From: Eledone cirrhosa
Lineage: Eukaryota
Assembly: GCA_964016885.1 (NCBI GenBank)
Contig: OZ024758.1
Span: forward strand, 11,842,001-11,906,000
Direction: 5' to 3'
DNA: 64,000 nucleotides
A program made the position numbers and the translations under genes. Under the pieces are notes generated by a model that worked only from the letters and a program-made list of their open reading frames with translations, was not told the origin of the DNA and made no database searches. Below are positions 13,978-29,370 of the stretch, piece by piece (the first letter of the stretch is position 1; each line of letters starts with the position of its first letter).

Positions 13978-14235
13978 TATACGCCAGAAATATCCATAAT
14001 AGAGTATTATGTAAGTGAGAGACTGATTGAGGCATTGGCAATATATGTAAAAGGAGAAATAAGAATTGTAAGACATATTTAACGTCTAGTTATATACTCC
14101 AGAAATATCAATAGAGTATTAAGTAAGATTCTAGTAAAAGACTGATTGACGTGCTACTATGTGTGTACGAGAAATAAGAATTGTATGAGGTATATACTTC
14201 ACTCTAGTTATTATATACACCAGAAATATCCAATC
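13978..14235. repeat. Diverged tandem duplication, ~115-125-bp unit, about 2.1 copies
   Basis: tatac.ccagaaatatc occurs three times; agactgattga and gagaaataagaattgta occur twice. Confidence 0.75.
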
Positions 14236-14445
14236 AATTTAAGGTGCAGAACATTATCTTATATCTTATATATATCAGATCTATGTTCTCGGTCTTTTTG
14301 ATTTTCTTACTTTAATTTGAACCTTTTACTGATTGGCTTTTCGTCTACTTGCGTTTATTCTGTATCAGATATCGATATATAATTTACCTTAGTACGCCAT
14401 CATATACATACATTATATATATGTATATATATATAAAAGAGAGAG

Positions 14446-14493
<48 letters not shown>

Positions 14494-15041
14494 CGTGCGT
14501 GTGTGCGTGTGCGTGTGTGTGTGTGTGCATTAGACACATGCTGACGCAAGGTTTCACTAATATTCCTGTATCTATTTTTCCCTCAACACTTATCTACTAA
14601 TTGTTTAGTCTTATTCATCCAGCATCTCTCTCTCTCCCCCTCTCTATTTCTCTCTCTCTCTGTCTCTCTCTCTCTTTCTCTTTCCTCTCCTATACCATTT
14701 CATACATCGTATTATCTCCACTTTTCTTTCCAATTACAATTTTTTACAATATTGGAAACTTGTCTGTATCACTCCAAATGACTAACACAATTGATTAACT
14801 GGCTCTGTGGTTAAGAACTTAACAAACCTACAAAAGATGGATCTGAATGTGGTCACTGTATTACACCTTGTGCAAGTGTTTGCATCTCGTTCATGTCGTT
14901 TATTGTTTAAAGAGTTCCTTTCACACCTCTTCTATTATCATTTTTTTGTGGTGATGTTCCACTTGGTGTATATAACGTACTCCATTGTTACTGTTTTCTG
15001 CAGAGATATAGACTAGATTCAGTTAATTTTACTGAAATGAT

Positions 15042-15198
15042 GGCCCTTTGCAATCTGAGTTCAAATCCTGCCGTTGTTAGCTTTGCCTTTCATCCTTTCA
15101 GGGTCGATAAAATAAAGCACCAATAATGCACTGGGGTCGATTTAATCGACTTTCCCCTTCCCCAAAATGTTTGGCCTCGTGGCTAAATCAGAAACTAT
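15042..15198 (+). mobile_element. SINE family A (long form, 5'-truncated)
   Basis: B box, central domain and GTCGATTTAATCGAC segment. Confidence 0.8.
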
Positions 15199-16643
15199 TT
15201 AACTGAAATTATTCTCTAAAGTAAAGTGTTTATGGGGTTACGTCTTTTATGGAAATAAATGTTGCACATAATGACTCCATATTATTTGGAGTGCAATAAT
15301 TAATTAGATTGTCATAATTATACTTGCTTACTTTAAAAACATTTTAGTAGAGATCTTTAGAGCATATGGTATTGGGAAATTATGGGAAATGAAGATATAT
15401 AAAAATGTTATCTTTTCTTTCCCAAGATTTTCTCCTTCCTCTTCGTTTTAATTTCACTAACATTCTGTCAATTAGTCCCTTTCATTTGTGGACATATAAT
15501 ATTTATATACATCTGTATGTAGACCTATGTGTACCTTATGTGCACCTTATATACCTGTTGGGTTTAAAATAATATATACTATACGAGATTAAATAAACAT
15601 GTGCTAAGACGCGTACACAAGTATATGTTGATAAATATGAATATACACATAGAATCGGTTTAAATTACTGGCACTCTATATGTTCTCTTCCTGTTGGCCT
15701 AACTTCTCACTCAGTCCATCATCTTTATATTATACATCTACCACCTGCTCACCAACTTTCTTACACCTACTCAAAACCACGTCACTATATCTCCACCCAG
15801 GTCACTCTTAGAGTTTCTCCAATCATTTCTCCACAACGTGACATTCAAGCGATTTAACTGACAAACATCCACCCCAAACTCTACCCTTATATAGCTCGAC
15901 AATAACCCTGAGCGTATTTACGTATCATTTTGAGAAATTCATTATTAAAGTGAGTGAGTGAGCGTGTCTTATGTTTAATAGTAAAACCTAGAATTTCTTT
16001 ATAAACTTTAAATTCTCTCTGTCTTAAATTAAGGTCTTGTGTATTCAAAGGCATGATACCTTAGGTTTGGTTCCAATAATCTTAGTTGGAGATGTGTATG
16101 TGTTTGAGGATTGATGTGTGTGTATGTGTGTGCGCGCGCGCTTATGTGTGTGTACGTGTGTGTGTCTAATTGTTAATAGTTACACCTCGTTACATTTCCT
16201 AAACTTTCTATTCTATATATCTTAGATTAAGGACTTGTGTATTCCAGGACACGGTACATTAGGTAACATTTTGGCTCCAATCTTCTCGGCCAGAGATATA
16301 AGTTAATATGGTGGTTAAAAAACGTAATAATATACTAGACTAATATTATATGCTACGAGGTTGATTTTGTCGCGAGATTAGAACGATGTCTCCTTTTTAG
16401 TATTTACATAGTATATTAATATTTCTTTGTCTAATTCGTCATGAAAGAGATCTATATATTATCAGAAGCTGAGTAAATGTTGTTTCATTAATGTTTCATA
16501 CTGATATCTTCATATATATCTTGAGATCTATGACTTCCGTAGCAATGTCTTCTATAGCCATAGTCAATATTTATCGATCAATCATACTTTCGGAATTCTG
16601 TTCCTGTCATATTTTTTTGTTTGTTTAAATATCTATTTCATTA

Positions 16644-16822
16644 TTGGCAATATCGGTGGAGGGTCGGATTATGCTTTCCAGCATAGTTACGTCCCTTTAC
16701 GATCTGAGTTCAATTCCCACCGAGGTTAACTTTGCCTTTCATCCTTACGGGGTCGATCAAATAAAGTACCAGTAATGTACTGGGATAATTGCTGGCCTTG
16801 TGCCAAAGAGTAGAAACAATTA
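16644..16822 (+). mobile_element. SINE family A
   Basis: A/B boxes, central domain and tail. Confidence 0.88.
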
Positions 16823-16858
16823 TTTATTTAGACACACACACACAAATAAACACATACA

Positions 16859-16935
16859 CAGGGTGTCCCCCAAAAATGTATACACATATTTATTAGAATA
16901 TTGTTGAATTGTGTACACACCTTTTGGGACACCCT

Positions 16936-16936
<1 letters not shown>
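16859..16936. mobile_element. Short Tc1/mariner-type MITE
   Basis: CAGGGTGTCCC...GGGACACCCTG TIRs. Confidence 0.75.
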
Positions 16937-16984
<48 letters not shown>

Positions 16985-16989
16985 TAGAA

Positions 16990-17200
16990 AAAAAGATGAA
17001 ATCGAAAATGTAACTAGAGTCTTTTTTTTTTTTTAAATATATATTTATTTGATTCCTTTACCGGATTCGCAGCTCTGCTTTTCAAAAGTAGAATTTGAGA
17101 TGGAGGGTCTGTGGTTTTTATCACATCTGGTTGGTCTTTGAAAGTCACTTCTGTTTCATATTGAAAAAAGTGGCTCGAAATGCCAGGTTTTTAGAGCAGT
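16990..17200 (-). mobile_element. Penelope-like terminal repeat fragment with a degenerate hammerhead-like motif (17055-17089)
   Basis: Minus strand TTGAAAA-GCAG(AG)CTGC-GAAT-CCGG-TA-AAGG followed by AATAAA; the same family appears at 32318-32474. Confidence 0.45.
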
Positions 17201-17621
17201 AATTTGGTTGGTTGGTGAATAAGTATAATAAATTTCGCGCCAGTTCGCGTTACAAAGTTCTTCAAACAAAGGGGAGGAGCTTAGGGTTTTTTTTCATATA
17301 TGAGTGAAGTTTGGTTGGTTGATGCAGTCACGTGAATAACCACATCAGCTTTCGAGCCGGTTTGTGTTTGAATTTCTTTTTACTTAAAAAAAAGTGACTC
17401 ACGAAGGCTTTTTTTTTTATAAATATAATTTGATTGGTTATAAATGAAATTATGACTGTCACTTGAACAAGTACATTACATTTCGGGCCCGTATTTGTGA
17501 ATTTATTTTGTAGCCTTTGAGAAAATTGTGTACCAAACAAAAGGTAATGGTCAAGAAAAATGGGATGGGGAGAATTGTTCTGGTTTAGTGAATATACGGT
17601 TCAGTATATATATATATATAT

Positions 17622-17814
17622 ATAGGAACCAGTAAGACCCCGACAGCTGAGCTCAAGCCGTTTCGACGGCTAATTCTGGACCAGAATTAGCCGTCGAAAC
17701 GGCTTGAGCTCAGCTGTCGGGGTCTTACTGGTTCCTATTACCCACTCTACTACCTCAAGTATTGAGTACTTTGGTGCGTTATGGTCCACCTGGTTCCTTA
17801 CCACATTTCCTTCG

Positions 17815-17816
<2 letters not shown>
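17622..17816. repeat. Perfect 58-bp-arm palindrome heading a short dispersed repeat
   Basis: Palindrome 17622-17738 centred on 17680; the element recurs at 48517-48694. Confidence 0.9.
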
Positions 17817-17881
<65 letters not shown>

Positions 17882-18590
17882 GTATATCTATATATATAAA
17901 TAAAAGAAAATTTCGCTCTACATGGCTGAATACAATAAATGTAATCTGAGATTTCGAATATTAATAATAACATTCGATTCATTTGCAATTATATAAACAA
18001 GCCTCAATTTTAAAGCCATGTCAGTAGAATGAACCCTTCATTCTTGCTCGGGTGTTGGCATGTGAACAGAACTGCAGACACGAATGTTTCTGGGTATCAC
18101 CCTTCATCGGTACAGCTCACTGTTCCCCTGCCAAACTGCCAGAGCTAGTGAAAATATATGCTCTTTTCAAAAATAGACAGGGACTGATCGGCCTGATTTG
18201 CATATTAGCAGACTGGCTAATATATATATATATGTGTGTGGGGGGGCGGGGTTATTGTGTGATCTCGTAAGAATGAAATTGTTCCAGTTCTTTAGTTATT
18301 ATTTCCTTCAGATATTATTCATATATAACATGAATATATTTCGTCTTAACTAATGTCTTCAATACCTTATTGAAATTTCTTTTTCCTGTCTCGTTTGCAT
18401 CGCGCTAAGCATCGCGTTTTTACCCCTGCCCTACTCTCTCACTGGTAAATGCCCCTAGAATTCTGTGTCTTTCGTTCGTATTTATATTTTCAAAAGATAA
18501 TTTTTTAAAGGTCTTCCCTTAAACGAATTTTCTTTTCGTTTTGCATCGTTTTCGTTCGTTGTCTTGTCTTCTCTTTGTTAATGTTCCTAT

Positions 18591-18636
<46 letters not shown>

Positions 18637-19071
18637 ATATATATATATAGCCGATTCAGGTGTATATGGAACTATATTATTGAAACCTATTATTTTTCAT
18701 TTATGTTTACAAAGTTTTTCTCTTAACTTTTAATGACATTCGACATTAGCAGAGAGAATACGAATGATAGTAAAAGTTTCAAGCTTCCTCAGTGGGTACG
18801 TCGTGTATTTAATTTGTTGAAGTCTACTTATTCTTATTCTTCGACACCACAACAATATTTATAATGTATAATTTATAACTTTCATTGTATTATTTTTTTA
18901 CATTGTAATACTGGCACATCTCATTTATTTCGGTTTACCTTTATTTATTATTTTTCAATCATTTTATTCTTAATTTCTGGTTCTCATCATTTTATATTTC
19001 CCTACATTATATTTATATATTAAATTCTCGTTTGTCAACCATTTAACGTTTATTATTTTTGAATATATATT

Positions 19072-19259
19072 GGTAGATTGGCAGTATCGGAAGAGGGTTG
19101 GACGCCATTCTTTGCAGCATAGTGTTACGGACCTTTAGGTCTGAGTTCAAATGCCACCGAGGTTAACTTTGCCTTTCATCCTTACGGGGTCGATAAAATA
19201 AAGTACCAGTAATGTACTGGAATAATTGTTGACCTTATGCCAAAAGTAGAAACAATTAT
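19072..19259 (+). mobile_element. SINE family A
   Basis: A/B boxes, central domain and tail. Confidence 0.88.
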
Positions 19260-19343
19260 TTTTGAATATATACAAACATCATCCCCATATTTTCTCATTG
19301 ATCTTTAGCAATCAATTACTACCCCCTCCCCCTCCCTTATATA

Positions 19344-19439
19344 AACGGTGTCACAAAAATGTATACGCACTTTGATTACCCATACAGGCAAAATTCATTA
19401 GAATGCTGTTGAAATGTGTATACATTTTGGGTACATCCT
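19344..19439. mobile_element. Same MITE family, degenerate
   Basis: aaaatgtatac..cactttgattacc...ttagaatgctgttgaa.tgtgtatacatttt core. Confidence 0.6.
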
Positions 19440-19486
19440 CTCTCTCTATATATATATATTTATACACACACACACACACACACACA

Positions 19487-19522
<36 letters not shown>

Positions 19523-19830
19523 TATATACAGGCAGTCGTTTGGAAAAAAATCAATTTATGATAAAAGACCTCACTGCATACGGTAGATACGAAATCTGTT
19601 GCAATACACACAGCGATATCACTCGATATTTGAGATAATAAATTTTCTGAAATTCTCAGTACAAGCATATAAGTGAAACACCAACAGAGTATAAGGTTGC
19701 TCAGAAAATTGAAGAGATCTAGTTGGAAATAAATGGCAATTAATGAAAATTCTCAAACACTTGCAATAAATAAATAAGTAAATGGAAATATAAATGTTTT
19801 TTGATATCTTTCAAAATGTTTCGATTTGTT

Positions 19831-22930
<3,100 letters not shown>

Positions 22931-23153
22931 CAATTAAGTTAAAAAAGTTACATCTACATATGCATACTGAAATACTAGTGTGTATATGAATACACACACG
23001 TATACATATGTATATGTAACAAGTCTTTCACTGGTTGCTTTACTGTGAGCACCCAGCTATTCTGTATGTGAACACACAGACAAACTGGTTTTTAGAGTCA
23101 TACTGGTTTTTGAGGGAACACCTTCCCTCTATTCTCCAGAAAGCCAGACAAGG

Positions 23154-23198
23154 AATATTGAACTAGTTTCGTTGTTGTTACAACTCATCAGCAATATT
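23154..23198 (-). ncRNA. Minimal type I hammerhead ribozyme, copy 1
   Basis: Minus strand reads AAUAUUG-CUGAUGA-GUUGU(AACA)ACAAC-GAAA-CUAG-UU-CAAUAUU: full core, 7-bp stem I, 5-bp stem II, palindromic ACUAGU stem III. Confidence 0.85.
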
Positions 23199-23632
23199 TA
23201 CCTATCTACCGGCCTTTCTGGAGAATTGTAAAAGCACATATCGTTTTATGCTTTTTCTATGAAAATTAGTAGTGGGCAGACTAATTTGCATAGAGTGTGA
23301 GTACGCACCGGTTCAGCGGAGACGATAAAAACAAATGACGAAACGAAATTAAATTTCGTTTCGTTTGTGACTCACTTTTGTATGACTGACGCTTAAACAA
23401 TTAAGTTAAAAAAATTACATCTACATATGCATACTGAAATACTAGTGTGTATATGAATACACACACGTATACATATGTATATGTAACAAGTCTTTCACTG
23501 GTTGCTTTACTGTGAGCACCCGGTGCGTACTCACACTCTATGCAAATTAGTCTGCCCACTACTAATTTTCATAGAAAAAGCATATAACGATATGTGCTTT
23601 TACAATTCTCCAGAAAGGCCGGTAGATAGGTA

Positions 23633-23677
23633 AATATTGCTGATGAGTTGTAACAACAACGAAACTAGTTCAATATT
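23633..23677 (+). ncRNA. Minimal type I hammerhead ribozyme, copy 2 (predicted cleavage after GUU, 23670)
   Basis: aatattg CTGATGA gttgt aaca acaac GAAA ctag TT caatatt. Stem I extends imperfectly over 23605-23700 (attctccagaaag pairs with ctttctggagaat). Confidence 0.88.
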
Positions 23678-24099
23678 CCTTGTCTGGCTTTCTGGAGAAT
23701 AGAGGGAAGGTGTTCCCTCAAAAACCAGTATGACACTAAAAACCGGTTTGTATGTGTGTTTACATACAGAATAGCTGGGTGCTCACAGTAAAGCAACCAG
23801 TGAAAGACTTGTTACATATACATATGTATACGTGTGTGTATTCATATACACACTAGTATTTCAGTATGCATATGTAGATGTAATTTTTTTAACTTAATTG
23901 TTTAAGCGTCAGTCATACAAAAGTGATTTACAAACGAAACGAAATTTAATTTCGTTTCGTCATTTGTTTTTATCGTCTCCGCTGAACCGGTGCGTACTCA
24001 CACTCTATGCAAATTAGTCTGCCCACTACTAATTTTCATAGAAAAAGCATATAACGATATGTGCTTTTACAATTCTCCAGAAAGGCCGGTAGATAGGTA

Positions 24100-24144
24100 A
24101 ATATTGCTGATGAGTTGTAACAACAACGAAACTATTTCAATATT
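24100..24144 (+). ncRNA. Minimal type I hammerhead ribozyme, copy 3 (stem III variant)
   Basis: Same motif 467 bp downstream; G>T at 24135 changes ACTAGT to ACTATT and breaks the stem III palindrome. Confidence 0.75.
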
Positions 24145-24440
24145 CCTTGTCTGGCTTTCTGGAGAATAGAGGGAAGGTGTTCCCTCAAAAACCAGTATGA
24201 CACTAAAAACCGGTTTGTATGTGTGTTTACATACAGAATAGCTGGGTGCTCACAGTAAAGCAACCAGTGAAAGACTTGTTACATATACATATGTATACGT
24301 GTGTGTATTCATATACACACTAGTATTTCAGTATGCATATGTAGATGTAATTTTTTTAACTTAATTGTTTAAGCGTCAGTCATACCAAAGTGATTTACAA
24401 ACGAAACGAAATTTAATTTCGTTTCGTCATTTGTTTTTAT

Positions 24441-25431
24441 ATATTATATATATATATATATATAATATATATATTATATATATATATATAATATATATAT
24501 AAATATATATATATATTATATATATATAATATATATATATATTATATATATATAATATATATATATAATATATATATAATATATATATATATATAATATT
24601 TATATATAATATATATATATATATAATAATATATATATATATAATAATATATATATATATAATATATATATATATTATATATATATAATATATATATATA
24701 TAATATATATATAATATATATATATAATATATATATAATATATATATATAATATTTATATATAATATATATATATATATATAATAATATATATATATAAT
24801 AATATATATATATATAATAATATATATATAATAATATATATATATATATAATAATATATATATATATTATAATATATATATATATATATAATAATATATA
24901 TATATATTATAATATATATATATATATAATAATATATATATATATATAATAATATATATATATATATAATAATATATATATATATTATAATATATATATA
25001 TATTATAATATATATATATATATATAATAATATATATATATATTATATAAATATATATATATATATAATATATATATATATATTATATATATATATAGTA
25101 TATATATATATAGTATATATATATAATAATATATATATATAATAATATATATATATATATATTATATATATATAATAATATATATATATTATATATATAT
25201 ATATATTATATATATTATATATATTATATATATTATATATATATTATATATATATATATTATATATATATATATATAATATATATATATATATATAATAT
25301 ATATATATATATATAATATATATATATATTATATATATATATATTATATGTATATATATTATATATATATATATTATATATATATATATTATATATATAT
25401 ATATTATATATATATATATTATATATATATA
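24441..25431. repeat. ~1-kb interrupted (TA)n array
   Basis: Almost exclusively A/T. Confidence 0.95.
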
Positions 25432-26080
25432 AGATCAAGTTCTTGCTACCAATTTAGTGAAGTATAATATCTACAAAACCCCTGACATCCAGAAATACAG
25501 ACTAAAGAGAATTTGGACAATGTCATTTCGTTTTTTTTCACTATTCCTGTTGAAGTGGTTTCATTATGTATGGCTATTTCCAGTAAGTTGAATAGAAAGT
25601 CACGATATTGTATGAATTTTCATAACAAGCTGATACGTGATCAATTTATTCCTGAAATGACTCTTATGTTCTATTCGAGCGGAAGATAGGGACTTGAGTT
25701 TAGTAAGCTACCTACTTAAATACATTTTAGTCACTGAATTAGGTTTTAGGACTTTACACTGAGAAATATTTCCTTTGAGAACAAGAATGAAACTTATTTT
25801 ATGGCATAGCTTCAGTAACATCAAAGGGTCTCTGCTGCTGAATTCAGCCGTGCTGATTTCATTCACGTTCGAACATTTCCTCTGAAACTTTCTATTGAAT
25901 GATGATAATCGTATGCTGAGGTATGATGGCCCTTGCATTTCGCATACATTTCCTTATTAAAATTTAAAATCCTATCCATTAAGAGGACACGTATAACCTA
26001 CAAGAATTGTAGATGAACTTGTAAAGCCCTTTAGTAATTTGCTTTAGAATTCCATATATTTGTATATATATATATATATG

Positions 26081-26137
<57 letters not shown>

Positions 26138-26368
26138 TTAATCAAAACTGGAACCAAAATAAAACAAGTTTCCTGTGACGTATATACATGAAGTTAAATT
26201 GTAAAAAAGATGTATTTATGAATACAGATAACTGACCACCACCACCCTCCTGGATATGTACGCCAGGATGTCTATATACATATATACATATGTAGGCGTG
26301 ACTACTTGTGTGAGTGTGCCGGCATATATAGTATGATGATACAAGTATGTGCGTGAGCCAGTGTATGC

Positions 26369-26410
<42 letters not shown>

Positions 26411-26515
26411 GTGTGTGTGTGTATGTATATAAAAGGTAAACAGAAATAAAAACACAATCGGTACAGTATATGGAAGGAATATATTAGGTTAACGCTTGAC
26501 ATAGCAGGAAGAGGG

Positions 26516-26551
26516 TCTTAACGTTTCGGACGCTGGTCCTTAATCAGAAGA
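26516..26551 (-). ncRNA. Degenerate Penelope-type minimal hammerhead motif (one core mismatch)
   Basis: UCUU-CUGAUUA-A-GGAC(CAGC)GUCC-GAAA-CG-UU-AAGA; core G8 is replaced by U. Confidence 0.5.
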
Positions 26552-26871
26552 AAGAATGAGAAATAAAATAGACTGAGGAGACGGGCGGGATTGAATTGGA
26601 AAAAATGTATTTGGATAAAAATAACAGGTCCATTCATGTTGACATCTCTTATATAGACTGGGGTGTTGAAAAGTTGCTACCTTTGGGTAAAAGAAAATAC
26701 AGGAGAATCTGTTAAATGCTATTTTATTCAACATATTCTCCTTTCAGACTCACACACTTATTGCCGCGGTCCCACTTCCCTTGTAAAGGTAACAGCTCAA
26801 CCCTTAAGCCAGGAACTTGACAGCATCCCTCTCTCTCTCTATATATATATATATATTATATATATATATAC

Positions 26872-26913
<42 letters not shown>

Positions 26914-27073
26914 ATATTAAATAAATGGAAACTATATTTATAAAGCCAAATGTATTCTATTATATATAATTCAAGGGTACCAACAATTAAAATCAGATAA
27001 AATACAAAATGTTTTATAAATATTTGACGTGACCATGGATAATATACCTTAACGGTTCAAGTTATCTTTCTAC

Positions 27074-27137
<64 letters not shown>

Positions 27138-27823
27138 ATTTTTTTTTTCAGACTATGTGTTAGTTTAACACCAACACTTCAACATGAAGAGTACAACGCT
27201 CAACGAAGTCCAGAACAGGATCTGTTAACTCTGGAGTAAATTCATAAACAAGAGATATAAGTCAACATAATTTACTTATAAAATGTTCACTTATACCTCT
27301 TGTTTATATATATATATACATATACAGAGAGAGAGAGAGAGACTTCTGAATGTGTATTTTAGGATAAATAGTATACAAGGATATAAGAATGTTAAACGGT
27401 TAAAACACAATATAGAACGACTGAAGAAGAAAGAATAAGTAAAGCAAACTTACCTGACTTTTCTAAGGAGATGTGGCGGCAAAGTTAGCTTCTAGCCTTT
27501 AGGAAGAGAAGATGTTTTAACCGAGGTGGAAAATGTCCATACAGTCCATGGGTTTAGTAGTCAATATAATTATAACTTTAGAAGTTATCTTAGATACATC
27601 CATGCCTTGTGGAAAGTTGATTGTAGATACACAGACATGTAGATACTGAGATTGACATGGAATAATATAGGCAGAGAGAGTGATAGAGAGAGGGGTGGGT
27701 GTAGTGAAGAGAAATGAAAAAGAAATGTGACAATTCAAGACAAAAGTTATAAGTTGAAAGGCAAAGAGTTGTTTAGAAAAAGATTGGGATTAAATCGTCA
27801 GAAACTGATGTATAGCAGTGTGA

Positions 27824-28138
<315 letters not shown>

Positions 28139-28530
28139 TTGACGCACAAACTTTACTTTATCTCCGAACACAGGCACACCCAGGGTTTAACAAGCAATAT
28201 ATATTTTATCAATTTTTTTACTACTGTCAGAAACACCAATATAAGTTCATAAATTCTTCTCTCTTTCTTTGGACGACTTTCTCACAATATCGCTCTCGCT
28301 CTTTATCACACTATCTACCATTTTCTCGCCCACTCCTTATTTTCTGGAGTTCACCTCCTCTTCCAATTCGTTTCCAAACTATTTATTTCTTCTCATACTT
28401 ATATTCGCATTCTTTTACTTTCACTCTAAAGATTGTTCACTTTTCCTTCAATTCCTTATTCGCCCTTTCTCTCTCTCGTTCGTTACTTGTTTCCCTCTCT
28501 CTCTTTCTCTCACTTTTGTCCAATATGTAC

Positions 28531-28564
<34 letters not shown>

Positions 28565-28685
28565 GCGCGTGTGTGTGTATATGTATATATATATATATAT
28601 ATGTGTGTGTATATGTATATATATATGTGTGTGTGCGCGTGTGTGTATATTTGTATATATATATATATGTGTGTGTATATATATG

Positions 28686-28717
<32 letters not shown>

Positions 28718-28984
28718 AGTGTGCGTGTGTGTATATATATGTATGTATTCCTTCCTTTATATCTATCCTTCAATCCATCTCTTCCATTTCATTCTTTATT
28801 TACATTGTATCGTTCCCCGCCTCCCCCTTAATCTATTGATTTGATGATTCTGTTCACCCTCTCCTTCACCACATAAATATGTGTGTATGTCAACATTTAT
28901 TTGTGGATTCGTGTCCATTCATGTGTGTAGATATATATGTATATATGTGTGTTTAGCGTAGGTTTGTATGTATACACACACACA

Positions 28985-29031
<47 letters not shown>

Positions 29032-29370
29032 GCACACACATACATATATGTGTGGTGTAAAAGTCTCTATGTGTGTATGCATTTTACTGATACTATTTAG
29101 AGAGGCAGACATGTATAGAGGTATTTTAAATATCTCTATAAATATCTGCAACAACAGATGTTTAGATATTTAACTATAAAATAGTAGACTACGTACAGTA
29201 AAGGAAATACTGGTGAAGGAAAAAAAAAAGGTGACATATACATACGCAGGAATCGAACTTGCATCCATTGCATATCGTGTATATCAGTTCATTACACCAA
29301 ATTAATAAGCAGTTTTATTGTTAAAAATATATACATGCCTTGTGGTAGATTTTGTCAAGCTATTATTATT

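Larger units (their letters stand above)
22931..24440. mobile_element. Tandem/inverted array of a 467-bp non-coding unit carrying hammerhead ribozymes (candidate non-LTR retrozyme)
   Basis: CAATTAAGTT recurs at 22931 and 23398, and CCGGTGCGTAC at 23520 and 23987 (period 467). Segment 22931-23520 is in reverse orientation relative to 23520-24440. Copies are about 98% or more identical by eye, no ORF is listed, and both ends abut TA arrays. Confidence 0.85.

Noticed and set aside
14140-14180. CTGATTGA...GAAA within a ~120-bp tandem duplication
   Set aside because: The core is non-canonical and the putative stem is not conserved between the two units.
22931-24440. CRISPR array or centromeric satellite interpretation
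   Set aside because: No short repeat and unique spacer pattern; only about three units, inverted, with a ribozyme core.
25440-26030. Possible host exon or transposase fragment (76-aa ORF)
   Set aside because: No recognisable motif and no convincing splice-site pair.
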